From positions 2,656,001 through 2,720,000 of the forward strand of contig OZ244048.1 of NCBI GenBank assembly GCA_965215265.1: DNA of 64,000 nucleotides. Reading direction: 5' to 3'. Below the pieces are notes generated by a model. The model saw only the letters and a list, made by a program, of their open reading frames with translations. It made no database searches and had not been told where the DNA came from. The position numbers were made by a program, and so were the translations under genes. Shown piece after piece: positions 28,306 through 37,795 of this stretch (position 1 is the first letter of the stretch; every line of letters begins with the position of its first letter). This DNA is from Candidatus Poribacteria bacterium (lineage in GTDB: Bacteria; Poribacteria; WGA-4E; WGA-3G).

Positions 28306-29693
28306 TGCTTTATTGTCCATCTGATACAAAAGAGCTCATTGACGTTAATAAGCTTGATAAGATTTCAAACTTCGCCCTCCGTTACCAGCGTTTTTTAAAG
28401 GGAGAAATTCATAACGGAAAAGTAAAGTTTTCAATTCACGCAACCACTCTTGGCAACTCAGCACAAGCCGTGGAGCCCCTCCGAGACCGTCAAACGAATC
28501 AATTGAACTATCTGGTAAAGAGTTACAACTGTTTCTGTGAATTTTATAAAGTGGATTGGCGACTGGTTGTCGGATTAGGGGGTGAACATGTTCAGGAAAC
28601 TAGCATAACCCTTGATCACATCTACGGCATTCCCTATATCCCCGGCAGTGCCTTCAAAGGTGCTGTGCGGAGTTGGGTGCTACAAGAGAAGTTTGGGAAC
28701 GATGAAAAGCGTGCCATTCAAGAAATTAAAGCGAGTGACAGCGAGGACTTGAAGCAGAATAAATTGGGCTTCCGTGATGTTTTCGGTAGTCAAGAATCTG
28801 CAGGGAAAGTTCTCTTTCTTGCGGCTTATCCGATAGATAGTGTACAATTGTCGCTCGATATAATGAATCCACACTTTCCTGACTACTATGCAGGCAAGAA
28901 ACTACCGACTGATACTCAAGATCCAATACTACCGACTGATACTCAAGATCCAATTCCAATTAACTTTTTGACCGTTGAACCAACCCTTTTCCGATTTGTG
29001 TTTCTGGCGAAAGAACAAAAACTAATTGATATTACTAAAGATTGGGCTGAGAAGGCACTAACAGATAAAGGTCTGGGAGCAAAGACCGCTGTCGGGTACG
29101 GGTACTTCCGTAAGGAATTTCCAAATAATATACAGGGATACAAATCCCTTAAACCTGATCCGAAGTTTGAGATTCCACGCAAGGAGCATCCTGAAAGGCC
29201 CCAGAAGATTAGCCTCGAAGAGGCTAAAAAGGAATTTGACAAAGACTCTAACAATCCGAATCTCGATCCGCAGTTAATCGACATCACACCAGTTAAAAAT
29301 TGTGCGTCACAACTCGCTCAGGTTGTAACACGAGGTGACTACATTGAATATGACCAATTAACCGGTATAGATGAGTGCCTAATTGAACTAGAGGAGGATT
29401 TGGCAGAACGGTCGGAGTTTGGAGAATGGATCTGGGATAATTTTAAAGCAGATCTGCTTTCGGCAAGAATCTTGGAACTTCCGCGATTCGTCTACAGCAA
29501 CGCTTTTCGTAGAACTCTCAAAAACCTACCGGATAGCGAATTGGTCGCAGTCCAAGAAGAGTTGTTAAAAATTTCAAATCAACTCGAATACAGTGACGGG
29601 GATGTTGAAGAAATAGATGTCCCTCCACACTTCGATTACGAGCCGAATGTTAATGACGGAACGATTACGTTTTTACAATACACTAGTCCATAA
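28305..29693 (+). CDS. cmr6: Type III-B Cmr6 with a ~195-aa C-terminal extension (linker + wHTH/RelE-like module)
   Basis: RLVVGLG, YGIPYIPGSAFKG, DIMNPHF..YY, GLGAKTAVGYG ending near 29108, then an in-frame extension. Confidence 0.92.
   Translation: MLYCPSDTKELIDVNKLDKISNFALRYQRFLKGEIHNGKVKFSIHATTLGNSAQAVEPLRDRQTNQLNYLVKSYNCFCEFYKVDWRLVVGLGGEHVQETSITLDHIYGIPYIPGSAFKGAVRSWVLQEKFGNDEKRAIQEIKASDSEDLKQNKLGFRDVFGSQESAGKVLFLAAYPIDSVQLSLDIMNPHFPDYYAGKKLPTDTQDPILPTDTQDPIPINFLTVEPTLFRFVFLAKEQKLIDITKDWAEKALTDKGLGAKTAVGYGYFRKEFPNNIQGYKSLKPDPKFEIPRKEHPERPQKISLEEAKKEFDKDSNNPNLDPQLIDITPVKNCASQLAQVVTRGDYIEYDQLTGIDECLIELEEDLAERSEFGEWIWDNFKADLLSARILELPRFVYSNAFRRTLKNLPDSELVAVQEELLKISNQLEYSDGDVEEIDVPPHFDYEPNVNDGTITFLQYTSP
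28901..28954 (+). repeat. 27-bp perfect tandem duplication inside cmr6 (LPTDTQDPI x2)
   Basis: ACTACCGACTGATACTCAAGATCCAAT twice. Confidence 0.95.
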
Positions 29694-29706
29694 TAGGAGA
29701 GTTGTA

Positions 29707-29892
29707 ATGCGTTTTGTCTTATCCACCGTTGGGACAAGCATCTTCACAAATGCAATTGATAGAAGAAAAGCAGACGAATCCAGTTGGGGCAGCTCTTCCG
29801 TGATTCCGCAAACCTCAAACGAGAAGAGCTGCAACCGGAGACAGCAGAGATAATTGACACCCTCGCCGATCACGTCCTCGATAAACTCATGG
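29707..29892 (+). pseudogene. Truncated, frameshifted APE2256-family CARF gene (Cami1/ring-nuclease-type N-terminus)
   Basis: AGGAG RBS; MRFVLSTVGTSIFTN, a frameshift near 29785, then GQLFRDSANLK..IIDTLADHVLDKLM, after which homology is lost. Confidence 0.7.
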
Positions 29893-30342
29893 TCTGCGCT
29901 ACGGTCCGTGGAACAATGTGCTCAAAAATCCGAACAGACCTAAAAGTCCATAGCATGAAGGATTTTAATCCAATATCTGATGCCGCAACTAGGCTAAAAC
30001 CGGCACGCACTGCTATCCCTCTCTTGCCGATGAAAAAACAGGCATAGATCGGATATAGAACTCCCTCTTTTCCTGCAAAGCAATAACTCTTGTAAAGCCT
30101 GGTCCTGACAACTCACACCACACTTTTTCCACATCAAACCCTTTCTCATATCCACGCCACAAAAAATGGGATAAGTAACATCAAACGACACATAGTTGAC
30201 AGAACTCGCAGGTTTCTGATAAAATATAGGTGCACAACAAATTTATGAACATGGAAAACAGCAAAAAATCGGAGGCCTATCGCCTAAATGGTGCCGAGAC
30301 CAGAATAGAGCAATGCGCTCAGTTATCGCAGGGAGGAACCGC

Positions 30343-31374
30343 ATGAAATTACTCGTCACAGGTGGAGCAGGATTTATTGGCACGAACTTCATCCGCTACT
30401 GGCTGCGGCACTATCCGAGTGATGCTATCGTTAACCTTGACCGGCTCACATACGCGGGAAATCTGTCCAATCTCACCGACATAGCTGGACGCTTTTCGGA
30501 ACGTTACTACTTTGCCCACGGCGATATTCTAGATGCTGCGTTCGTTGAAGATGTCTTGAAAATTCACCGTCCAGATGTCATCGTCAATTTCGCCGCAGAG
30601 TCGCACAACAGCCGCGCTATTTTACAACCCCAGCGTTTCTTTCAAACAAACGTCATCGGTACACAGATATTATTGGATGCGGTCCGAAAATATGAAGTGC
30701 AGCGTTTCCATCATATTTCCACGTGTGAAGTCTATGGTGAGTTATCCTTGGATTCTGACGATGCCTTTACCGAAAACGCACCTTACCGCCCGCAGACTCC
30801 TTACAATGCATCAAAGGCAGCGGCAGACCATCTTGTAAACGCCTATTTCCATAGCTTCAGGCTCCCAATAACGATCTCTAACTGCTCTAATAACTATGGA
30901 CCCTACCAGCATCCAGAGAAATTAATTCCACTTTTCACGACGAACGCTATACAAGATAAACCGCTTACGCTCTATCAAAGCAGCCATAATCGTCGAGAAT
31001 GGCTGCATGTCGAGGACCACTGCCGGGCAATCGCGCTCGTTATCGAGAACGGGAAAGTTGGCGAAACTTATAATGTCGGAAGTGGCATCGAAAAAAGCAT
31101 CGAAGAAATCAGCGATTTTATCTTAACAGTCCTCAAAAAACCGAAAAGCCTCAAAACCTACGTGCCAGATCGGCCAGCACACGATTGCCGGTATCTCCTA
31201 GATTCAGAGAAGATTCGTTTCAACTTAGGATGGAAACCCACAATCGATTTTGAGCACGGGCTGCGTCAGACGATCCAGTGGTACGCTAACAATCGAAAAT
31301 GGTGGGGGGACATTCAACAACAGATCGATGGAGCATCGGTTCAAGAAGACAAATGGGGAGAGTTACACAAATAA
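30343..31374 (+). CDS. rfbB: dTDP-glucose 4,6-dehydratase
   Basis: LVTGGAGFIG, DRLTYAGN, NFAAESH, PYNASKA, CSNNYGPYQHPEKLIP, DRPAHD.RY. Confidence 0.93.
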   Translation: MKLLVTGGAGFIGTNFIRYWLRHYPSDAIVNLDRLTYAGNLSNLTDIAGRFSERYYFAHGDILDAAFVEDVLKIHRPDVIVNFAAESHNSRAILQPQRFFQTNVIGTQILLDAVRKYEVQRFHHISTCEVYGELSLDSDDAFTENAPYRPQTPYNASKAAADHLVNAYFHSFRLPITISNCSNNYGPYQHPEKLIPLFTTNAIQDKPLTLYQSSHNRREWLHVEDHCRAIALVIENGKVGETYNVGSGIEKSIEEISDFILTVLKKPKSLKTYVPDRPAHDCRYLLDSEKIRFNLGWKPTIDFEHGLRQTIQWYANNRKWWGDIQQQIDGASVQEDKWGELHK

Positions 31375-31431
31375 GCATACTAGAGAAGTCTGTACGCCCG
31401 GCTTCGCCGAATTTTTGAAATGGGGATACTT

Positions 31432-32403
31432 ATGAAACTCACAGATGAACAGTTGGCAATATGGAAACGAGACGGAACAATTGTAGTACCGAACGTCTTT
31501 TCGCATGAGACTGTTGCGCATGCATTAGAGGCGATTGAACGAAACGCCTATGACGGATTAACCTATGCCGAATATCGCGATAAATGGGATGGACAACCCG
31601 AAGCACTCCGGCGTGCCTACGAAAAGAACGAACCCATGCTGCGTCTTGCCGGCCCGTTTGGCAAGGCTCTACACTTTCCAACAGGACTTCCAGCAGTCGA
31701 TAGACTCCTCGAAAATAGGGCATACTTAGGAATTGCACGGCAGTTGTTAGATACAGAAGACATCCGGCTCGGGTATGGACAGATTTTTGTACGGGAAGGA
31801 CTCACTGATACACGTTACAGCGAACATCCCTGGCAAGGCTATCACATTGATAACGCTACGAATTCACCGCTGCCACCCCATCCGGATTGGCGACGTTACG
31901 GTTATATCCTATCAGGTATTATGCTACATGACATTGATTTAGACGGTGCGCCAATGCTCGTCTGCCCCGGTTCACAGAATCAATTGGATATGGTATGGGC
32001 GAAGCGCCCGGGCAGAGCCGGGGGTATCGGTATTCCGGACCTGCGCGAGTTCCCGAACTTAGCACCACCGGTACCTGTTACTGCTAAAGCCGGCGCTGTT
32101 GCATTCCGTTCCAGTTACTTAATTCACGCCGCCCAACCGTTTGCAAACCGAACCAAACAGCGTGCATGGATGGGATACCACTTCCACCGTGCCGACAACG
32201 CCGATTGGTGCAAGACAACACGACCGGTGCCAGACTGGACGAGTCCGAACTACATCAAATTTGTAACGCACACCACGCCCGAAGTACGCTGTGTCCTCGG
32301 CTGGCCTCCACCCGGCGATGCTTACTATACAACCGCAGCTTTGGAACGGCTCACGGATGCATACCCAGGTATTAATCTCAAACCTTACACAGAATCAATT
32401 TGA
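31432..32403 (+). CDS. Phytanoyl-CoA dioxygenase (PhyH) family protein
   Basis: LTDEQ..W..DG.IVV, HID (HxD), VCPGS, AGAVAFRS..IHAA. Confidence 0.8.
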   Translation: MKLTDEQLAIWKRDGTIVVPNVFSHETVAHALEAIERNAYDGLTYAEYRDKWDGQPEALRRAYEKNEPMLRLAGPFGKALHFPTGLPAVDRLLENRAYLGIARQLLDTEDIRLGYGQIFVREGLTDTRYSEHPWQGYHIDNATNSPLPPHPDWRRYGYILSGIMLHDIDLDGAPMLVCPGSQNQLDMVWAKRPGRAGGIGIPDLREFPNLAPPVPVTAKAGAVAFRSSYLIHAAQPFANRTKQRAWMGYHFHRADNADWCKTTRPVPDWTSPNYIKFVTHTTPEVRCVLGWPPPGDAYYTTAALERLTDAYPGINLKPYTESI

Positions 32404-32404
32404 A

Positions 32405-34792
32405 CTACTCCCTGATAGAACCGAAAAGGACTTCGGCCGCCTCACAGACCGGTTCTGCCCGTGCACTTCCGCAAAGTTCTAAGACGTTTTGCGCGGCGTT
32501 TCGCGATAACTCAAAATGCCCCATTCTCAGATAAGCGAGCCCCAGATTGAAGTGTGCCTCTTTAAATTGCGGATCAATTGCCACCGCTCTCTCCAACGGA
32601 GGAATAGCTTTCCCGTACTCCTCTCTCTCAATATAGATGAATCCTAAATTACAATACGCTTTTGCAAAATTTGGGTCTATCGCGATGACGTGGTTGAACA
32701 TGGCAATCGCTTGGCGAACTCGCTTCTCGTCCAGCAGAGCCAGCGCCTGTCCATAGTACCCTTCCTTAATCTTCGCCAAAAGTTCGTGCGCGTCTCTATA
32801 ATTCGGATCAATTTTTAAAGCCTCATTCGCCTTTTTTTGTGCCGGTTCAAACTCGCCATTTCTAAGGTGCGCCTTGCCTCTATCGATATAATGCTTTTTA
32901 CGCACGGCCCTTTTGCCGCGTTCGACCGCCTCTGCCCAAGCAGCACGTGCTATTTCCTTCGCCTGTGCCGCTAAGCTCACAGCGTACTCATAATTGCCGG
33001 CTTCCCATGCGTTTTGGGCATACCCTAACAATTTATGGGCATCCTGCATTAATGCAACCGCATGCTTTCCTGCATTGTCTTGTCTTGCCTGTTCTATTTC
33101 TTGCTCCGCTTCCGCAATTGCAAACTCGGCCCGGTTCTTAACCTTTTCTTCTAATTTCTTCTGTGCTGCATCGCGAGTCAGATTCATACGCCCAAGGATT
33201 TCCTGGCTCCCCTTCGTGTTACTGTCCGCGTATTTTTCGTTCGCTTCCTCTACAGTCTTGATTACTAAGCGCCATTTAGAATTCTGACCAGATTCTTCTC
33301 CCCATTCAAGGTAAACTTTGGCGAGTCCATGATAAGCACTGATGGTATATTGACTGTTACTATAAGTCTCAATGAGTCTTTGGAAATGGGTCATTGACTT
33401 TTCCAACGGTGTTAGCCTTCCATCGACTCTCCCTTCGGCTGCAACTTTATAGTGGCAATCCGCTGCCTGATAAAGCGCGTACGGAACAAGATCATTGATT
33501 GGGTTCGTGCGTACAAATTCCTCATATTTCTCGGCGGCCTCCGCAAAACGTTTCAGCGCCAAGAGCGTATTCGCCTCAGTTAAAACTGTGTGTTCAGCAA
33601 TCGCATCTGAATCGTCAGGTTCCTCATGTGTCTGAGACGGCACTAACATCGGGACAAGGTAGGTTTCCTGAATTAACTTATAAATCCTTACCTTCTGATC
33701 ATCATCGGCCGTAGCGTACAAGGCATCCTCATAATGCTGTCGCGCATTTTTATACTCACGTTGTGCTTCATAAATTTTTCCGATGCCGACATAAGCCTCA
33801 ACAACGTAAGGACTGTTCGTGAATTTTTCGATGAGCGCTAAAAATCGTGCGAGTGCCTCATCATCTTTGCCAAGGCGGTGTAAACAGTAAGCCGCTTTGT
33901 ACTCCAACTCTGCCTGGCGTTCTGTCAAATCTGGAAGCACAGCATCGGTACTCAGGCTATCGAAAGCCTGCAGTGCCTTCTCATAATTCTGTTGAGCCTT
34001 CTCATAATCCTGTTGTTTCTCGTAAATCTGCCCTCTGCCGTGGTAAGCATCAGCCACGTAAGGACTGCCTGGAAATGCGGTGATTACGTTTGAAAATCGT
34101 GCGAGTGCCTCATCATCTCTGCCAAGGCGGTGTAAACAGTAAGCCACTTTGTAATCCAACTCTGCCTGGCGTTCTGTCAAACCCACAAGTGCAGCGCCGG
34201 AGGCGAGGTGCTTAAGTATTTGGTAGGCCCCATGATAATCCCCCTCATCCAGTAGCGCTTGAGCATCGTCGAAACGAGATTGCCACATATCAGTCATTCG
34301 TTCAATTACTCCCTCTGCTTCTGCTCTATAGCGGCTGTTCGGAAAATTTTCAAGCAGTTCAGTGAATTTTGCTACTGCGGCCGCGAGTTGTTCTGTTTTG
34401 TACAAAATCTGTGCCCATAGGTAAGTTAATTCTTCCTGATGTTTACGCACGCTTGCTCTCGAAAAAGCGTTTTTTATGTATGCAATTGCTGTCGCGTAGT
34501 GATTCACATCGCCTGATTGCTCTGCGAGTTCATAATAGCAGCGGGCAATTTTATAGTTGACAAGCGTCGTGAAATCTTTGTCAATCACTTCGGTTCTCAC
34601 CCCACGTTTAGTCGATGCTTTGAGTGCCTCACTATACTTAGCAATCGCTTGCTCATAAGCTGCCCGCTGATATAGGTTTTCGGCATCCTCAAAAAGGGTT
34701 TCTACCTTTTTGGAGCTACCGAGTATCAGAGGCGACAATAAGGCAAGTCCCAAAGCAACACCGCCAATAATTCCCCATAATCTCGGATTCAT
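32405..34792 (-). CDS. Membrane-anchored tetratricopeptide-repeat protein (BamD/CpoB-like repeats)
   Basis: N-terminal TM; many TPR motifs (AIDPNFAKAYCNLG, FPGSPYVADAY). Confidence 0.88.
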   Translation of the reverse strand: MNPRLWGIIGGVALGLALLSPLILGSSKKVETLFEDAENLYQRAAYEQAIAKYSEALKASTKRGVRTEVIDKDFTTLVNYKIARCYYELAEQSGDVNHYATAIAYIKNAFSRASVRKHQEELTYLWAQILYKTEQLAAAVAKFTELLENFPNSRYRAEAEGVIERMTDMWQSRFDDAQALLDEGDYHGAYQILKHLASGAALVGLTERQAELDYKVAYCLHRLGRDDEALARFSNVITAFPGSPYVADAYHGRGQIYEKQQDYEKAQQNYEKALQAFDSLSTDAVLPDLTERQAELEYKAAYCLHRLGKDDEALARFLALIEKFTNSPYVVEAYVGIGKIYEAQREYKNARQHYEDALYATADDDQKVRIYKLIQETYLVPMLVPSQTHEEPDDSDAIAEHTVLTEANTLLALKRFAEAAEKYEEFVRTNPINDLVPYALYQAADCHYKVAAEGRVDGRLTPLEKSMTHFQRLIETYSNSQYTISAYHGLAKVYLEWGEESGQNSKWRLVIKTVEEANEKYADSNTKGSQEILGRMNLTRDAAQKKLEEKVKNRAEFAIAEAEQEIEQARQDNAGKHAVALMQDAHKLLGYAQNAWEAGNYEYAVSLAAQAKEIARAAWAEAVERGKRAVRKKHYIDRGKAHLRNGEFEPAQKKANEALKIDPNYRDAHELLAKIKEGYYGQALALLDEKRVRQAIAMFNHVIAIDPNFAKAYCNLGFIYIEREEYGKAIPPLERAVAIDPQFKEAHFNLGLAYLRMGHFELSRNAAQNVLELCGSARAEPVCEAAEVLFGSIRE
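33841..34181. repeat. Recent intragenic duplication in the TPR gene (252-bp offset)
   Basis: 33841-33929 is almost identical to 34093-34181. Confidence 0.9.
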
Positions 34793-34960
34793 GGATTTCT
34801 CCTTTGTATCTGTCTCGCTTTATCTAACGTGCGAGGTATCGCACCTTATCCTGAAAAGTCTGATTCAGGCTGCTTTCTAACAAGCAGGGCTGCGGTTTCC
34901 AACTCCACCGCCGCCCCTTTTTAGAGCGCCGCCTACATGCGCTTCCGGAAACCGCCCTCT

Positions 34961-35125
34961 TCACCAGCTGTGCACGCCTGCCGTCGGAGGTCTGAAGCGA
35001 AAGGCGATACGCACATTCCGTGACATGGGCGAAATCCAGACCGTTTCTGCGGAGACATCTTGGGCACCTCCGACACCCAAAACAGCCAGCATACCCGCCA
35101 ACACCATTGAAATCCTTTTATCAAA
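34961..35125 (-). pseudogene. Possible remnant of a secreted-protein gene
   Basis: MFDKRISMVLAGMLAVLGVGGAQDVSAE signal-peptide-like start with GGAG RBS, then an early stop. Confidence 0.3.
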
Positions 35126-35236
35126 CATCAAAAGTCTCCACATTAAACCGAATGCTAATGTTGAATCTCTTTTGACTCACGGATGTAGGCTCGCGCTCAG
35201 CAGTATGTTTCGATAAACATCGATTTGAACTGTCCT

Positions 35237-36316
35237 CTAAGCCTCACGAGCAAAAGGGTGCTCTCTATTCACAATAGGAAACGGCACACGCTTGCCTGTC
35301 AGTTGAGATTCGTAGGCACCCAAGATCATCTCCAGCGCAGCGAGTGCATCTTCCGCCGCCGAGCGCGGCTTCCGGTCATTCTCAATCGCGTCTATCAGAT
35401 CGCGAATTGCGAGTTCATTACCTTGGGAGAAAGGCGTATCGTCTAAGTCAATCGCTTCCCACTTCTGGTCCGGTGTGGATGGCAGTAAAACCGGATAGGG
35501 GTAGTACATGAGCCGGTTCGCCACATCGCCGCGTAGGGAGAAAATGCCCTTGCTGCCGACTATCTCCATGCCGTATCGTCCTGTGCCGGCCTGCTCACGT
35601 CTTGAGAGAAAAAAGCCGGAAACACCGCTCTTGAAAGCGAAGTAGCTATTGATACAGTCCCCTGCGACAGGACCGACAGGTTCCGTTGGTTGATGTTCAT
35701 CACCAATTCCAACCTCTTTACCGCCTATAGTTACGTGCGACTGCATCCATGCGACATCCCCAACGAAGTAACGCATCAAATTAAAGAGATGCGTTCCGAG
35801 GACTATCATATCCTCACCCCCGCCGCGATGGTCTTGCTTGCCGCTAGCGTAGATGGTCTGTACTGTGCCAATTTTACCTTCATCAAGTAGGCGCTTGATT
35901 GCATGTGTAGCCGGTAAATAGACCGCCTGATGTGCCACTGCAACCTTTAATCCGCGTGCATGCGCCGTTTCCACAATCTTATCTCCATCTGCAAGCGACA
36001 TCGTCATGGGTTTTTCACAGTAAACGTGACAACCCGCCTCTAGGCAAGCGGTTACCATATCAACATGCTCCGGCACCCAGCGTGGACAGACACTGACAAT
36101 GTTCAGTCTTTCTTTCTCCAACATTTCGCGATAATCGGCGTAGCCGCGCAATGCACCAGTATCTGCAACCGCCTTCTCTCTGCCTGCTTCATTAGCGTCG
36201 GCAATCGCGATAAATTCTACATTGTCTAAATTGTTGTAGGCGATATGTAAACCGTGCCCAAAGTTCCCTGCACCGGTATGTCCTATGGCAGCGGCACGAT
36301 AGATGTTTTCATTCAT
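35237..36316 (-). CDS. Gfo/Idh/MocA oxidoreductase
   Basis: YADYREML, HVYCEKPM, GTHLFN. Confidence 0.9.
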   Translation of the reverse strand: MNENIYRAAAIGHTGAGNFGHGLHIAYNNLDNVEFIAIADANEAGREKAVADTGALRGYADYREMLEKERLNIVSVCPRWVPEHVDMVTACLEAGCHVYCEKPMTMSLADGDKIVETAHARGLKVAVAHQAVYLPATHAIKRLLDEGKIGTVQTIYASGKQDHRGGGEDMIVLGTHLFNLMRYFVGDVAWMQSHVTIGGKEVGIGDEHQPTEPVGPVAGDCINSYFAFKSGVSGFFLSRREQAGTGRYGMEIVGSKGIFSLRGDVANRLMYYPYPVLLPSTPDQKWEAIDLDDTPFSQGNELAIRDLIDAIENDRKPRSAAEDALAALEMILGAYESQLTGKRVPFPIVNREHPFAREA

Positions 36317-36332
36317 GAAACTTCCTCCGTGA

Positions 36333-37280
36333 TTAGTAGCCTTTTTGTTTGTCGACTACATTAACTAACGGTTTCCCTTCCACATATCGGTGGAGGTTAT
36401 CAATGAAGAGTTGCATCGCGCGCCGTCGGATGTGCTGCGAAGAACCGGCACTGTGCGATGTTAAAATCACGTTAGGTTCCGTCCACAACGGACTCTCTGG
36501 TGGGCACGGCTCGGTGTAGGTTACGTCTAACCCTGCGCCGGCTAACTTCCCGCTGCGAAGTGCAGCTACCAAGGCATCTTCATCAATAACCTTGCCACGA
36601 CTAACGTTAATCACATAACTGGCATCGGGCATTTGATTGAACTGCCCGTGTACTAAGAGTTTGTGCGTTTCAGGGGTGCTCGGACAGCAGACCATCAGGA
36701 CATGAGAACGCGCCATAAAGTCCATCAACCCATCTAACCGTGTAAGATGTGTAACCGCTTTCGGTTTCTCCATGGGCTCGGCATCGGCGGCTATCACTGT
36801 CAATTCAAACGCTTTTGCACGTTCTGCAATCGCCCGGCCAATTCCCCCGAGCCCCAGGATGCCCATCGTCATGCCTGCTAATTCCACACAAGGAACGCGT
36901 TCCCAATGCTGGCTTTTCATGAATTCCAACTGTACTGGAATCTGCCTCGTAAGGGACAAGAGTAAGGCAAACGCGTGCTCAGCAATTTGCGTTCCGTATA
37001 AACCACGGCAGTTAGACAGGATTATGTCACTCGCTTTGAAAGCCGGGTACATGAATCCTTCTACGCCGGCGTGAGGTTGCTGCACCCAACGCAATAACGT
37101 TGCAGCTGGCAGCTCGGATTCTCCAATATGTCCAAATAGAATTTCTACGCCGGCGACATGTGCACGCAACGGTTCACCCGGCGGTAGAAAGTGAATTTCC
37201 ACTTCCGACGGTGCTGCGGTTAACATGCCCTCAATATCCGGTGCTTGCCGGCTTGCTATTAAGACCTTCGGTTTCGGCAT
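36333..37280 (-). CDS. D-2-hydroxyacid dehydrogenase
   Basis: IAEHAF, GILGLGGIG, INVSRG, GAGLDV, ILTSHSA. Confidence 0.92.
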   Translation of the reverse strand: MPKPKVLIASRQAPDIEGMLTAAPSEVEIHFLPPGEPLRAHVAGVEILFGHIGESELPAATLLRWVQQPHAGVEGFMYPAFKASDIILSNCRGLYGTQIAEHAFALLLSLTRQIPVQLEFMKSQHWERVPCVELAGMTMGILGLGGIGRAIAERAKAFELTVIAADAEPMEKPKAVTHLTRLDGLMDFMARSHVLMVCCPSTPETHKLLVHGQFNQMPDASYVINVSRGKVIDEDALVAALRSGKLAGAGLDVTYTEPCPPESPLWTEPNVILTSHSAGSSQHIRRRAMQLFIDNLHRYVEGKPLVNVVDKQKGY

Positions 37281-37315
37281 ATACCTTTCCCCTTTTTGGG
37301 TGTAATAAAACTTCG

Positions 37316-37609
37316 CTACCGGCGGCTGCTCAGTATATCCGCCTGCTGTGCCAATTGAAAATCCAATTCGCTGATGCCTCCTGCATCGTGCGTCATGAGG
37401 TCTATCGTCACACGGTTGTAGACGTTAAACCATTCCGGATGGTGATTCATGGACTCGGCGATTAAAGCGAGCTGTGTCATGAAACCGAACGCCGTAACGA
37501 AACTGTCAAATTGGAGTTCTTTGTGCAACTTCCCTTCCTGCACAGTCCAACCCGGCATCTGCTCAAGTTTTTGCTGAATTTCAGATTCTGTCAGTTTTTT
37601 TGCTGCCAT
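37316..37609 (-). CDS. phhB: Pterin-4-alpha-carbinolamine dehydratase
   Basis: [28 protein letters not shown]. Confidence 0.93.
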   Translation of the reverse strand: MAAKKLTESEIQQKLEQMPGWTVQEGKLHKELQFDSFVTAFGFMTQLALIAESMNHHPEWFNVYNRVTIDLMTHDAGGISELDFQLAQQADILSSRR

Positions 37610-37795
37610 TTTCGTTCTCCATCAAAATTTTGGAAAATTATAGTGGAAAATTGAGATAAAATCAAGTTAAAATAATACAGAGGACCGCCTCTCATCATCG
37701 CGGGGCGAAGAACATGTTTCCGGGCGCTTTAGTCGTAACCGTCCGGCGGCATTCACCACAGCGCACTGGTACATCAGATTTGCAAGGAGGAAATT

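Noticed and set aside
29893-30300. Expected CRISPR array downstream of the cmr operon
   Set aside because: No recurring 28-37-nt repeat is visible.
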